Positions 28,989 to 37,115 of a DNA stretch of 47,664 bases are shown one piece after another. Position 1 is the stretch's first letter. Each line of letters opens with the position of its first letter. Both the position numbers and the translations under genes were made by a program. The DNA is from a virus (Duplodnaviria; Caudoviricetes), in IMG/VR virus record IMGVR_UViG_3300040733_000024, positions 1 through 47,664 of that record, one strand, 5' to 3'. Under the pieces are notes generated by a model. That model did not search any database and was not told where the DNA came from. It was given only the letters and a program-made list of their open reading frames with translations.

Positions 28989-29534
28989 TTAAGCCACCTC
29001 ATCGCCCCACGAATCCCAGCCCTCGACCCTGGCCCTTGCGAAAAGCTCGATCCGTGGTAAATCTCCCATAAGTTCAATGATCCGGTCCCGGACCTCATTT
29101 GGTTTTTTAGAATGTACCGTCCTTTCCGCTATAACTAGCTGTTTTACGTTTTTAATAATCCGTTGAGGTCGGCCCCTGGTCGCTAGGAGAACCATTTCGG
29201 TACTGGCCATCGTCCACCGGCCCAGGTTATAAACCCATTTACCATTTTTTGAAGTTTTGACCCAGGCAAAGGCTATAGTCTTATACTGGAACCCCCAGGC
29301 CCGGATCACTTCGAAAGCCTCTGGTAGCAGCGGGGACGTAGCCCAGAGAAAGAGTACCGAGTCCTTGGCTGCTAGGTCTTTTACCGGGAGAGCCTCGATC
29401 CAGTTTAAAGGCTGGGTTTCGTACTCATGGTCCAGACTGAAACTATGGCCCCTCATTTTATCGTTATACGACCACGGAGGATCGGCGTAAATGATCTGGT
29501 ACTGCTTGTCCGGGAACGGGATAATTTCAGCCAT
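28989..29534 (-). CDS. MT-A70-family adenine methyltransferase
   Basis: IYADPPW, LFLWAT, WGFQYKT, HSKKP and RIELFAR...GWDSWG motifs. Confidence 0.9.
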   Translation of the reverse strand: MAEIIPFPDKQYQIIYADPPWSYNDKMRGHSFSLDHEYETQPLNWIEALPVKDLAAKDSVLFLWATSPLLPEAFEVIRAWGFQYKTIAFAWVKTSKNGKWVYNLGRWTMASTEMVLLATRGRPQRIIKNVKQLVIAERTVHSKKPNEVRDRIIELMGDLPRIELFARARVEGWDSWGDEVA

Positions 29535-30185
29535 TTACGCTAACCCGAAATGGATATTAGCGACCCGCTCCCGGTATTCTAAGGAATTCGGGTAGTAAAT
29601 TGAACGGTAATACGCAGCCCACCAAGCAGCTTCCTCCAGGGTTTTATAATGACTACCTAATCTCCTACATGATTTGTTGATAAATAACTGAACATAATAA
29701 TAGTCAAACTTTTCATTATAATAAACATTACGAACTCCAGTCGTACTCCCTTTATTTGCTCCCGCTCTGTTCTGCGAGTTTTCCTTTTTTGTAACCACTC
29801 TAAGATATTCTCTCCGGTTATCCAGGGTATCATGGAATACATGGTCGGCGACCATAGTAGAGTTGACACATCCCATTATAAGATCTTGGAGATAAACCTT
29901 TTTTCGTTTACCGGAGTCGTTGATGAAGGTACTAATATAATAAGTTCCTTTACCGTTATCTGTGACATACCATCTGTGTTTTAAAACTTCCGAAAGATCA
30001 ACGAGACTTACTAATGTTTTAATATATTCAGTTTTTTTAGTTGCTTTTGGAGTATAGGGTATTTCAATAACAGCATACCCATCTTTCCTAATTACTCGAT
30101 GGAAAATGGACCTCTGCCTTGTAGTAAACACCTTGTAATTTTCTTGGTACGTAGAAACATTTGACTCTCCCATTAAATTCTTCAC
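29535..30185 (-). CDS. HNH endonuclease with an AP2-like C-terminal domain
   Basis: ADHVFHDTLDNRREYLR...ENSQN HNH; STTGVRNV...LG..YKTLEEAA AP2-like; AT-rich relative to neighbouring genes. Confidence 0.75.
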   Translation of the reverse strand: MKNLMGESNVSTYQENYKVFTTRQRSIFHRVIRKDGYAVIEIPYTPKATKKTEYIKTLVSLVDLSEVLKHRWYVTDNGKGTYYISTFINDSGKRKKVYLQDLIMGCVNSTMVADHVFHDTLDNRREYLRVVTKKENSQNRAGANKGSTTGVRNVYYNEKFDYYYVQLFINKSCRRLGSHYKTLEEAAWWAAYYRSIYYPNSLEYRERVANIHFGLA

Positions 30186-30225
30186 TCCTTCATTTTTTAG
30201 TGTTCGGTTTTAATCCCGACACTTG

Positions 30226-30257
30226 ATAAATAAGCCTGACGGAGCGAAGTTGTTTAA
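30226..30257 (-). promoter_or_regulatory. Phage promoter-like motif, copy 3
   Basis: TTAAACAA-N15-CTTATTTAT upstream of the HNH / MT-A70 genes. Confidence 0.6.
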
Positions 30258-30273
30258 TGAGGTTTACTGGTAA

Positions 30274-31314
30274 TTAATACCCGTAAACAATAAAGGCATC
30301 TTTAAAGCCATTAGCGATCAGGGATAGCTTTAAGTTCCCGGCCCGGAATTCTTCTTCGAAAGCCCCGACCTGGATGCGGTAAAGCCCATCGGACCCCACC
30401 GGAGGAAGGTATGTCGGGTAGCCCAAAAGTTTAAGCTGACCGACCCGTCTCTCAGCGTTGGACTTAACAGAAAAAGCCCCGACCTGGACTTTCCAATATT
30501 TAACCCTGCTTACCACGTCAAACATAAGCCATTGTTCCATAACGAACGGCATACCCAGGTTAGAGGTCTGCCACTTCAGCAGCGAATAAGGAATCCATCC
30601 GTGGCCCTTATCCCCCCACTCTGGACCCCAGGAGTTCGTAAACTCAACGAAGCCCTGTTCCATATGACCGTCAGGGTAGGTATAAACGAGGTTATCATTC
30701 CAACCGATATAAGCGATACCGTGGCCCCCCAGGATATACCCGGAAGGAGAAGGAATATATCCCCCCTTCGCATCGACGAAAGAAGAACATACCATAACCC
30801 CAGCCATAACTGGGGAATTCTTAATCGCCTGTTTTAAAGCGGTCAGGTCTTCGACCGGGACTCTCGCGTAATTCGGTTTAATCTTAAAGGCTTTAGCTTT
30901 TTCGTCCATTTCCGGGGTAATTACCGGCAGTTTCGTAATGTCGGTAAGTAACGTCTGGGGAAGGTCTTTTTCCGGTAATGCTCCGCTGTCGACCATAGCC
31001 TGTAACATGACCCGTGGATAAGTACCCTCGACATCCGGTTCCCCATCTTTCTCTTTGGCTTTCTCATAGAGGTATACCGGGGAGAACCCGCCTTCCGGGA
31101 GGTCTCTTTCGTTGGCCTCCTGGATTTCCTTGATCTTGGCAGCAGCAGCCCCGACACAGATCCCGAAAGGCCCCTGGTCGATAATCCGAATTTCCTTACG
31201 TCGCCAGGAGAAGACCCGCTCGACCGGGGAGTCTGTAGCGATAACTGCTTTACTGATATAGTCCCGGTAATCAAAGGGAGATGACCAATAGCCCTCCACG
31301 AAATTAATACCCAT
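30274..31314 (-). CDS. Papain-like (C1) cysteine peptidase with C-terminal SPOR repeats
   Basis: DQGPFGICVG (Gln/Cys), GGHGI (His), NSWGPEWGDKG (Asn); two V/IQVGAF SPOR repeats. Confidence 0.85.
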   Translation of the reverse strand: MGINFVEGYWSSPFDYRDYISKAVIATDSPVERVFSWRRKEIRIIDQGPFGICVGAAAAKIKEIQEANERDLPEGGFSPVYLYEKAKEKDGEPDVEGTYPRVMLQAMVDSGALPEKDLPQTLLTDITKLPVITPEMDEKAKAFKIKPNYARVPVEDLTALKQAIKNSPVMAGVMVCSSFVDAKGGYIPSPSGYILGGHGIAYIGWNDNLVYTYPDGHMEQGFVEFTNSWGPEWGDKGHGWIPYSLLKWQTSNLGMPFVMEQWLMFDVVSRVKYWKVQVGAFSVKSNAERRVGQLKLLGYPTYLPPVGSDGLYRIQVGAFEEEFRAGNLKLSLIANGFKDAFIVYGY

Positions 31315-31328
31315 TAGATAACCTCCTT

Positions 31329-31343
31329 TTTTGCGTTCTTCAT
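31329..31343 (+). repeat. 15-bp direct repeat, left flank of the R-M cassette
   Basis: TTTTGCGTTCTTCAT, identical at 34128-34142. Confidence 0.7.
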
Positions 31344-31516
31344 AATGAAGATGGCGAAATAAAAAAGACGCTAATCAGCGTCTTTCTTTTTCTTTAAAAA
31401 GTTTTTTATCATAACAGTCTGCGTATCACTTCTAACAAAGCAGCAAATAAAATCCTTGACCCTAAGAAACGCCCTAAATAATAAAAAATAATACGGATAT
31501 ACTAATTAAGTTTAAT

Positions 31517-31551
31517 ATGTCACGTATAGTCTGTAGACTAATCGTCTACAT
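31517..31551 (+). promoter_or_regulatory. C-protein operator (C-box pair, 35 bp)
   Basis: ATGTCACGTATAGTCTGTAGACTAATCGTCTACAT matches the architecture of the C.Esp1396I/C.AhdI operators (two GAC-N-GTC dyads around a central GT); ends 18 bp before the C gene. Confidence 0.75.
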
Positions 31552-31569
31552 AAGGATATTTTTCTTGTT

Positions 31570-31800
31570 ATGAATATACAAAAGCAGTTCGGCAAAGCAT
31601 TAAGGGAATGTAGAATACAACGGAATCTCTCCCAAGAGAAACTTGCAGAACTATGTGGGCTTCATCGTACATACATTAGCGATGTAGAACGTGGCGATAG
31701 AAATATTTCATTAGTTAATATCCACAAAATTGCATCAGCTTTACATATTAATATATCTAGTATTTTTAATATATTAGAACAAAATATAAAGGAGCTATGA
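31570..31800 (+). CDS. R-M controller (C) protein, XRE HTH
   Basis: LSQEKLAELCGLHRTYISDVERGDRNISL; directly upstream of the REase gene and behind a C-box. Confidence 0.9.
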   Translation: MNIQKQFGKALRECRIQRNLSQEKLAELCGLHRTYISDVERGDRNISLVNIHKIASALHINISSIFNILEQNIKEL

Positions 31801-31803
31801 ATT

Positions 31804-32640
31804 TTGCAGTTACCACTTGATTTTGGAAATTTAGGTCAACGCATTGTTAATCTACCTAACACCTCAGAAGATAATTACATAAGAATTGTTCAGAATCTTG
31901 AGCAATTGCTTGAAAAACCAAAAGTTAAAAATCGCGAGGCTATTGCTAAAGCATTTCAACTAGCTATAGAACTTTGCCCCCAGGAAAACCCTTCTGATTT
32001 GTGGCATCATGTAATATATCGTAGTTATTTAAAAATTAGGCCAGGAGGTACTAATCCTGAACAAAGTTGGGTACGTTCATCGGGTGATGCTTTTGAGATG
32101 TTTTTAGCTAATAAATATAATCCCCTACTGAAGCAATCTGGGTTACGATTAAGAACTCTCTTTTCTCATAAAGAAAAGGAAAATGCTCTTACTCGCTTAG
32201 AAATAGGAGATGAGATAGGAAGTAGTAAAATAGATCTACTAATCGAAAAAATTGGTATAGCACGAGGTAGGGGTCTCGATGGCTTTGGAGTTTTAGGGGC
32301 TATTCATGCAAAAGTAAGTCTAGCTGAAAGAGTTTCGGATGATGTTCCAACAAGTAGAATATTAATGAGAGAAGGATTTCTTAGTATTCTTGCAACCTTA
32401 GACGTCAAATCCTTCCCACCACCGGCAGGAGATTTAATAAATAAAGGGGAGCTTGGTACACCAGCTAAACCTTCAGATAAACGTTTATATATTGAGAAGC
32501 ATGGAGAATTTAATGCTTGTTTCAGTTTTAATACTCGAAGTGTACCTTCCTTAGAGACAACAGAAAGCGGGAAGCGTATTTACTATGTTGATGTAACAGA
32601 AAATCCTGACAAGTTATTGCAATACTTAATAACAGTATAA
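31804..32640 (+). CDS. Type II restriction endonuclease, AgeI-like (CCGG family; predicted ACCGGT)
   Basis: NPSDLWHHV, QSWVRSSG.AFE, HAKVSLAERVSDD and LDVKSFPPP motifs and a 278-aa length match AgeI as I recall it; PD-(D/E)XK variant. Confidence 0.8.
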   Translation: MQLPLDFGNLGQRIVNLPNTSEDNYIRIVQNLEQLLEKPKVKNREAIAKAFQLAIELCPQENPSDLWHHVIYRSYLKIRPGGTNPEQSWVRSSGDAFEMFLANKYNPLLKQSGLRLRTLFSHKEKENALTRLEIGDEIGSSKIDLLIEKIGIARGRGLDGFGVLGAIHAKVSLAERVSDDVPTSRILMREGFLSILATLDVKSFPPPAGDLINKGELGTPAKPSDKRLYIEKHGEFNACFSFNTRSVPSLETTESGKRIYYVDVTENPDKLLQYLITV

Positions 32641-32645
32641 GAGTA

Positions 32646-33959
32646 TTAATTCTCATGATGTAAAAATTGCAATACAGCCCTTGCAATTCCGGCTGCAAGT
32701 TTTGGAGGGACTGCGTTTCCTATCTGTTTAAATTGGGCAAATTGCGATCCCTCAAAAATGTAAGTATCAGGGAAAGATTGGAGCCTTGCTGCCTCTCGAA
32801 CAGTAATAAAACGATCGACTTCAGGATGTACAAAATCGGAGCAGTCTCTAGCCATATGAGCAACTAGCGTATGAGCCGGTACATCCCAACCCAACCTTCT
32901 ATATTTATTTGCAAAACCTTTAGCATCTATGGTATCTAAAACCTCGTCAATATTTATATGACCCTTTAACAAAATATTCCTAAGTTCTTCTTCTTTTATA
33001 CGGTCTTCAGTCCTGCATCCTTGAACGTCTCTTATTCCATTTCCACCTAACAAATCATTTAATAAGTCTTCCGAAAGTCCATCCTCTAATAAGCGTGATC
33101 TTATTTTTGTCCCATAATCACCAGGTTTCAGCAAAGCTAAACGAAACCTTCTTATTCCTAGCATTTGTTTTGCAGAATGATGAGTTATGTTTTTCGACCC
33201 GTCCCTCATATTAACTTGATAATTACTTAAACAAACACTAGAATTATATGGTAAATGTTGGTGAGTATCTTTTGGAGTTAAAGCTTCATCTGGAAGATCG
33301 CTTATAGCCTCTCTGACTGTCACTGCTGGCATCAATTTTTCACTTAGATTATCCTCAAACAAAGAAAGATTAATAGGTATTTGATCTGAGCCAATAAAAT
33401 GTGTAGCTCTTGGCGTTGGAATATCTTTCCCTTCGGCTGCTCCTAGGATAAATACCCTTTTACGGAACTGAGGAACTCCAAAATTTACTGAATCTAGAAC
33501 ATGAACCTTTACTCCATACCCTAACTTCTCTAATCCCTTCGTTATCTCATTTATGACTTTACCATTTTGCATTGAGAGTATGCCTACAACATTCTCGAAT
33601 ACAAAAGTTTTTGGTCTAAATTCATCTAAAAAGGAAAGATAGTATAAATATAATTTATTTCGAATATCGTTAGGGTCTCTTTTCCCATAAGTTGAAAAAC
33701 CCTGGCAGGGTGGACCTCCTAGTAAGACATCTAGTTGCCCCCTATCAAGTCCTAATTTTTTTCTAATTTCCTCTGGAACTATTTTTTCAACTGAATCTGA
33801 AGATACAATCCCTTCCAAATGGTTGCGAGCAAAAGTTTTTATAGCATTTTTATCAAAGTCATTTGCAAAAAGACATTTAAATCCTTCCGCTCGAAATCCT
33901 TCGGCTAGTCCTCCTGCCCCGGAAAAAAGATCAATCGTAATATGCTTTGTTGAACACAT
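32646..33959 (-). CDS. C5-cytosine DNA methyltransferase, cognate to the REase
   Basis: DLFSGAGG, GGPPCQGFS, FENV, PQFRKR, REAARLQSFPD and QIGNAVPP motifs; convergent with the REase gene. Confidence 0.93.
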   Translation of the reverse strand: MCSTKHITIDLFSGAGGLAEGFRAEGFKCLFANDFDKNAIKTFARNHLEGIVSSDSVEKIVPEEIRKKLGLDRGQLDVLLGGPPCQGFSTYGKRDPNDIRNKLYLYYLSFLDEFRPKTFVFENVVGILSMQNGKVINEITKGLEKLGYGVKVHVLDSVNFGVPQFRKRVFILGAAEGKDIPTPRATHFIGSDQIPINLSLFEDNLSEKLMPAVTVREAISDLPDEALTPKDTHQHLPYNSSVCLSNYQVNMRDGSKNITHHSAKQMLGIRRFRLALLKPGDYGTKIRSRLLEDGLSEDLLNDLLGGNGIRDVQGCRTEDRIKEEELRNILLKGHINIDEVLDTIDAKGFANKYRRLGWDVPAHTLVAHMARDCSDFVHPEVDRFITVREAARLQSFPDTYIFEGSQFAQFKQIGNAVPPKLAAGIARAVLQFLHHEN

Positions 33960-34127
33960 GCTGCTCTATTCTCCCTTAATTCTTAAAAATAAATTAAGAT
34001 ATTTTCTGGCTAGTTAACCTCAACAATTATAACAAAAAACTTGAGTTCAATGTACGGGATATATAGAAAATAATTTTTAAAATTCTCGCAATAAAAACAC
34101 AGAGAATCTAGTTAATGTTACCAGCAA

Positions 34128-34142
34128 TTTTGCGTTCTTCAT
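34128..34142 (+). repeat. 15-bp direct repeat, right flank of the R-M cassette
   Basis: TTTTGCGTTCTTCAT, identical at 31329-31343. Confidence 0.7.
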
Positions 34143-34189
34143 CTTAAAGCTCGTAAATATACGATAATGAAAAAAGACCCCGAAGGGTC

Positions 34190-34873
34190 TTACGCAATTT
34201 TATTTTTAAAATAGGTATCAATCCGCTCGTTAGCCAACTCGACATACTTTATATCCTTTTCGATTCCGATAAAATGACGACCCGTATTTAACGCAGCAAT
34301 CGCAGTCGTCCCGCTTCCCATAAACGGATCGCAGACCGTTTCCCCTTCCCTCGTCACAGATACGATTAGCTGCTCCATGAGGTCGACGGGTTTTTCATTC
34401 GGATGGGTTAGGCTGCTTCCATTTACTCGTTGACTCACTATAACAGACTTCGGTCTTTTATTCGGAAAGGCGAATTTACCTTTAACAGCGAACCAGATAA
34501 CGTCGTGACTGGGAGCGAAAGCCCCCTTGAGGTCGCCCATCCCATACAGAACCCGATCCCATATGACCTGGGACTTAACGTCGAACCCCGCCCACTCGAT
34601 CGCGGACCGGAAAGCCTCCTGTACGTCCCAACGGCAAAAACAGATTAATGCTCCCCCGTCCTTGAGTATCCGGTTAGCGTCGTAAAGCCACCAGATAAAC
34701 GGATGCTGATCGTTTAGGATTTTCGGGAGTTTTTTCGTTCCCTTACGAGCATTAGATTGGTAGTCGATCCCGTAGGGAGGGTCGGTAATTATCGCGTTCA
34801 CACTCTCCGATGGGATACCCCGCATAATGTCTAAGCAGTCCCCTGATACGACCTTGTTAATATACTTTTCCAT
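34190..34873 (-). CDS. Orphan N6-adenine/N4-cytosine DNA methyltransferase (beta class)
   Basis: TDPPY, HPNEKP and DPFMGSGTT motifs. Confidence 0.9.
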   Translation of the reverse strand: MEKYINKVVSGDCLDIMRGIPSESVNAIITDPPYGIDYQSNARKGTKKLPKILNDQHPFIWWLYDANRILKDGGALICFCRWDVQEAFRSAIEWAGFDVKSQVIWDRVLYGMGDLKGAFAPSHDVIWFAVKGKFAFPNKRPKSVIVSQRVNGSSLTHPNEKPVDLMEQLIVSVTREGETVCDPFMGSGTTAIAALNTGRHFIGIEKDIKYVELANERIDTYFKNKIA

Positions 34874-34906
34874 ATGCCCTCCTGTATTTAAACCTTTTTC
34901 TACCCT

Positions 34907-34938
34907 GTAAGTAAGGCTAAAAAGAGGGTTTTGTTTAA
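34907..34938 (-). promoter_or_regulatory. Phage promoter-like motif, copy 4
   Basis: TTAAACAA-N15-CTTACTTAC upstream of the orphan methylase gene. Confidence 0.65.
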
Positions 34939-35022
34939 AACAAAAAAGACGCTTTCGCGTCTTTATCGTAGGTAATTTGTGGTATCCAGTTTTATAGCCA
35001 GAACAGTTCCTTGCCGTCTCCG

Positions 35023-35193
35023 TTACCGGGTTTCTCTTTTATATGAGGTACTACACATTTCTCCGTAACTTTTAGCAATTTTTAAAACCTTTTCTATTGC
35101 TTTTTGTCTTTCATCGGTTGTCTTCGACAGTTCTATTTCTTTTAATACAAGTTCGAACTCTTTAGCAATTTCTTCTTTCCCTTCATTATCCAT
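35023..35193 (-). CDS. Small charged helical protein, 56 aa (not in the ORF track)
   Basis: MDNEGKEEIAKEFELVLKEIELSK...; AAGGGGGG RBS; upstream extended -10 TGGTATAAT. Confidence 0.55.
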   Translation of the reverse strand: MDNEGKEEIAKEFELVLKEIELSKTTDERQKAIEKVLKIAKSYGEMCSTSYKRETR

Positions 35194-35316
35194 CGATTAA
35201 CCCCCCTTAACCCAAACCTTTCAAATTATACCATAAAAGGAGGATAGAAGTAAAACTATTTTATCTACCGTGATATTTTCTCAACAATTCGTTTGCTTTA
35301 AACTTCGGGAAAAGAA

Positions 35317-35345
35317 GTATAAAGTGTAAATTGCAGGTAAAAATA
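35317..35345 (+). promoter_or_regulatory. Possible forespore sigmaF/G-type promoter
   Basis: GTATA-N14-GGTAAAAATA resembles the B. subtilis sigmaF consensus. Confidence 0.35.
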
Positions 35346-35376
35346 ATTAAAGACACTTACTGTTAGGGGGTTCACT

Positions 35377-35916
35377 ATGATTAACCAAATTATTTTATGG
35401 TCAATGTTCATCGTTCCTTGGCTTACTTTGTTTTTTATGAAAAAAGAAGACATCAAACGCTATATCCCCGCTGCTCTATTCTCCATAGTAATATCTACAA
35501 TAGTTATTGATGCAGGTGTCAGGTTTGGATTCTGGGTTATTCGTGAAACAGTTTTTCCTCTTTATGAGATGACGCCATTCCTTTTTGGTTTATATCCGGT
35601 TGCAACAATGTGGATTCTAAAGTTCACCACTGGTAATTTCTTAATTTATATGGTTACTAACGCAATCGTGGATTTAGTCTTTGCTTACTTTTTCCTGGAA
35701 TACCTTTTTGTTGTTAGGGGTATGGTTATTGTTCAAATTACCGGCTTTCAGGATTGGTTATTAACCCTAGGACGAGCGGTAATAATATATATCTACCAGA
35801 AGTGGCAGGAAGGCGAACCTTTACGATTGAGGACTTTTAGCTTAAACCCACAACAAGCAGCTGCCAAATTACTTGAAAAAGACAAAGCCGATGAAAATAA
35901 CAATAATAGAGATTAA
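35377..35916 (+). CDS. Multi-TM membrane protein, CBO0543-like; moron
   Basis: IVPWLTLFFMKKEDIKRYIPAALF...YIYQKWQE; about 5 TM helices; opposite strand and AT-rich. Confidence 0.65.
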   Translation: MINQIILWSMFIVPWLTLFFMKKEDIKRYIPAALFSIVISTIVIDAGVRFGFWVIRETVFPLYEMTPFLFGLYPVATMWILKFTTGNFLIYMVTNAIVDLVFAYFFLEYLFVVRGMVIVQITGFQDWLLTLGRAVIIYIYQKWQEGEPLRLRTFSLNPQQAAAKLLEKDKADENNNNRD

Positions 35917-35942
35917 TCATCAACCTTATAGAATGTAGTTAA

Positions 35943-36992
35943 TTATCTCCAGCTTAATTCTTCGACCGCCCTCTCTAGATCTCCGTTCCCTGGAATGGTA
36001 TAGCGAGTTACCATCGCGAGGTTCGGCGATCCGTCCCGTTTCATATGGCCCATTAGCCTCGCTATAACATCCAGGGGAACTTTACGAACAGCCAGCTCGT
36101 GTCCGAACGTATGTCGCAGGACGTGGGGAGTAACGGTAATACCTGTAATTCTCTCGTATTTCTCGAACATAAACTGGACCCCCCTGGTCGTCATTTTGTC
36201 CGACCGTTGAGTCGTGAACAAGTAGGCTGCTCCGTTCGATTGGCTGTCGATCCCTTCGACCTCCCGGCTCTTTTGGTAGTCTTCGATCGCCTTCCGAGCG
36301 TCAAGGTTTAACGGTACTGTCCGATATTTACCCCCTTTACCGCTTTGGATAACGATGGACCCCTTCCTTTCGAATAGGTTAACGTCCATTATACGAAGGT
36401 CGCAGAGTTCCTGGACCCTGATCCCGGTATGCAGCAGCAGGGTTATTATCGTTAGTTCCCGTTGGTTCCCGTGTTTACGGACAGCCCGGATCAGGCTGTT
36501 CTGTTCGTTACGTTCGAGCCACTTCGGAGCCTCCTGCTGAACGGTAACAGGGGAGATGTTTGTACAGGGATTATCCGGGATAATTCCCCGGCTTACGAGC
36601 CATTTAAAGAAGACGGATAACTGAATCAGGTTTAACTGAACGGTCCGGGGTTTATAGTTTTGACTCGCCCACCGCTTGAAGTTAGCGATGTCAAGCTGGG
36701 TCGCGTGAATTATCGTGTCCGGGTCCACTCTGGATGGTTCCGGGGATTCACGGTCGGCTTCCGGGATTGTCGAGGGGGTTTCGCTGGAGCTTCGCTGACC
36801 CGTCCCGTTTTTAAAATTTTTTCTGTATTTTTCAGGACCGTTCTGCCGCCCCCCGAACCCCCCGGTCCCCCGTCCGTACCCCCCTCCGAGAATCAGCCAT
36901 CTCTCGAACTTTTCCAGGCTCGATCGGTACTGCCTCACGGTCGCGTCGGTCTTTCCTTCGTTTACGAGGTTCTCTAAGAATGCTTTGATCAT
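35943..36992 (-). CDS. Tyrosine recombinase (XerC/D-like) with an in-frame low-complexity insertion
   Basis: TGIRVQEL (R), GKGGK (K), HVLRHTF (HxxR), MGH and catalytic Tyr in TRYT; Gly/Ser/Pro-rich insert near residues 34-90. Confidence 0.88.
   Translation of the reverse strand: MIKAFLENLVNEGKTDATVRQYRSSLEKFERWLILGGGYGRGTGGFGGRQNGPEKYRKNFKNGTGQRSSSETPSTIPEADRESPEPSRVDPDTIIHATQLDIANFKRWASQNYKPRTVQLNLIQLSVFFKWLVSRGIIPDNPCTNISPVTVQQEAPKWLERNEQNSLIRAVRKHGNQRELTIITLLLHTGIRVQELCDLRIMDVNLFERKGSIVIQSGKGGKYRTVPLNLDARKAIEDYQKSREVEGIDSQSNGAAYLFTTQRSDKMTTRGVQFMFEKYERITGITVTPHVLRHTFGHELAVRKVPLDVIARLMGHMKRDGSPNLAMVTRYTIPGNGDLERAVEELSWR
36849..36884 (-). other. Canonical G-quadruplex-forming tract
   Basis: Minus strand GGGGGG-TACGGAC-GGGGG-ACC-GGGGGG-TTC-GGGGGG. 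Confidence 0.6.
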
Positions 36993-37012
36993 GGTAGCAG
37001 AGTCCCCCTCTC

Positions 37013-37092
37013 ATATATGATGTGTATTTAATGGGATAATGGGTCATTTAATACGGTTTCCTGGTCCTATTATACCCTAACACATCATATAT
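37013..37092. repeat. Perfect 13-bp inverted repeat pair overlapping the recombinase promoter
   Basis: ATATATGATGTGT (37013-37025) and ACACATCATATAT (37080-37092); minus-strand TTGTAA-N17-TATAAT promoter at 37069-37097. Confidence 0.65.
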
Positions 37093-37115
37093 TACAACAG
37101 AGACAGATGAGTTAA

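Noticed and set aside
28910-29098. Short minus-strand ORF overlapping the MT-A70 3' end, plus the many plus-strand ORFs within head/tail genes
   Set aside because: They overlap well-supported genes, lack RBSs and have no recognisable motifs.
31570-31800. Phage CI-like repressor
   Set aside because: Its position before the REase gene and the upstream C-box identify it as an R-M controller protein.
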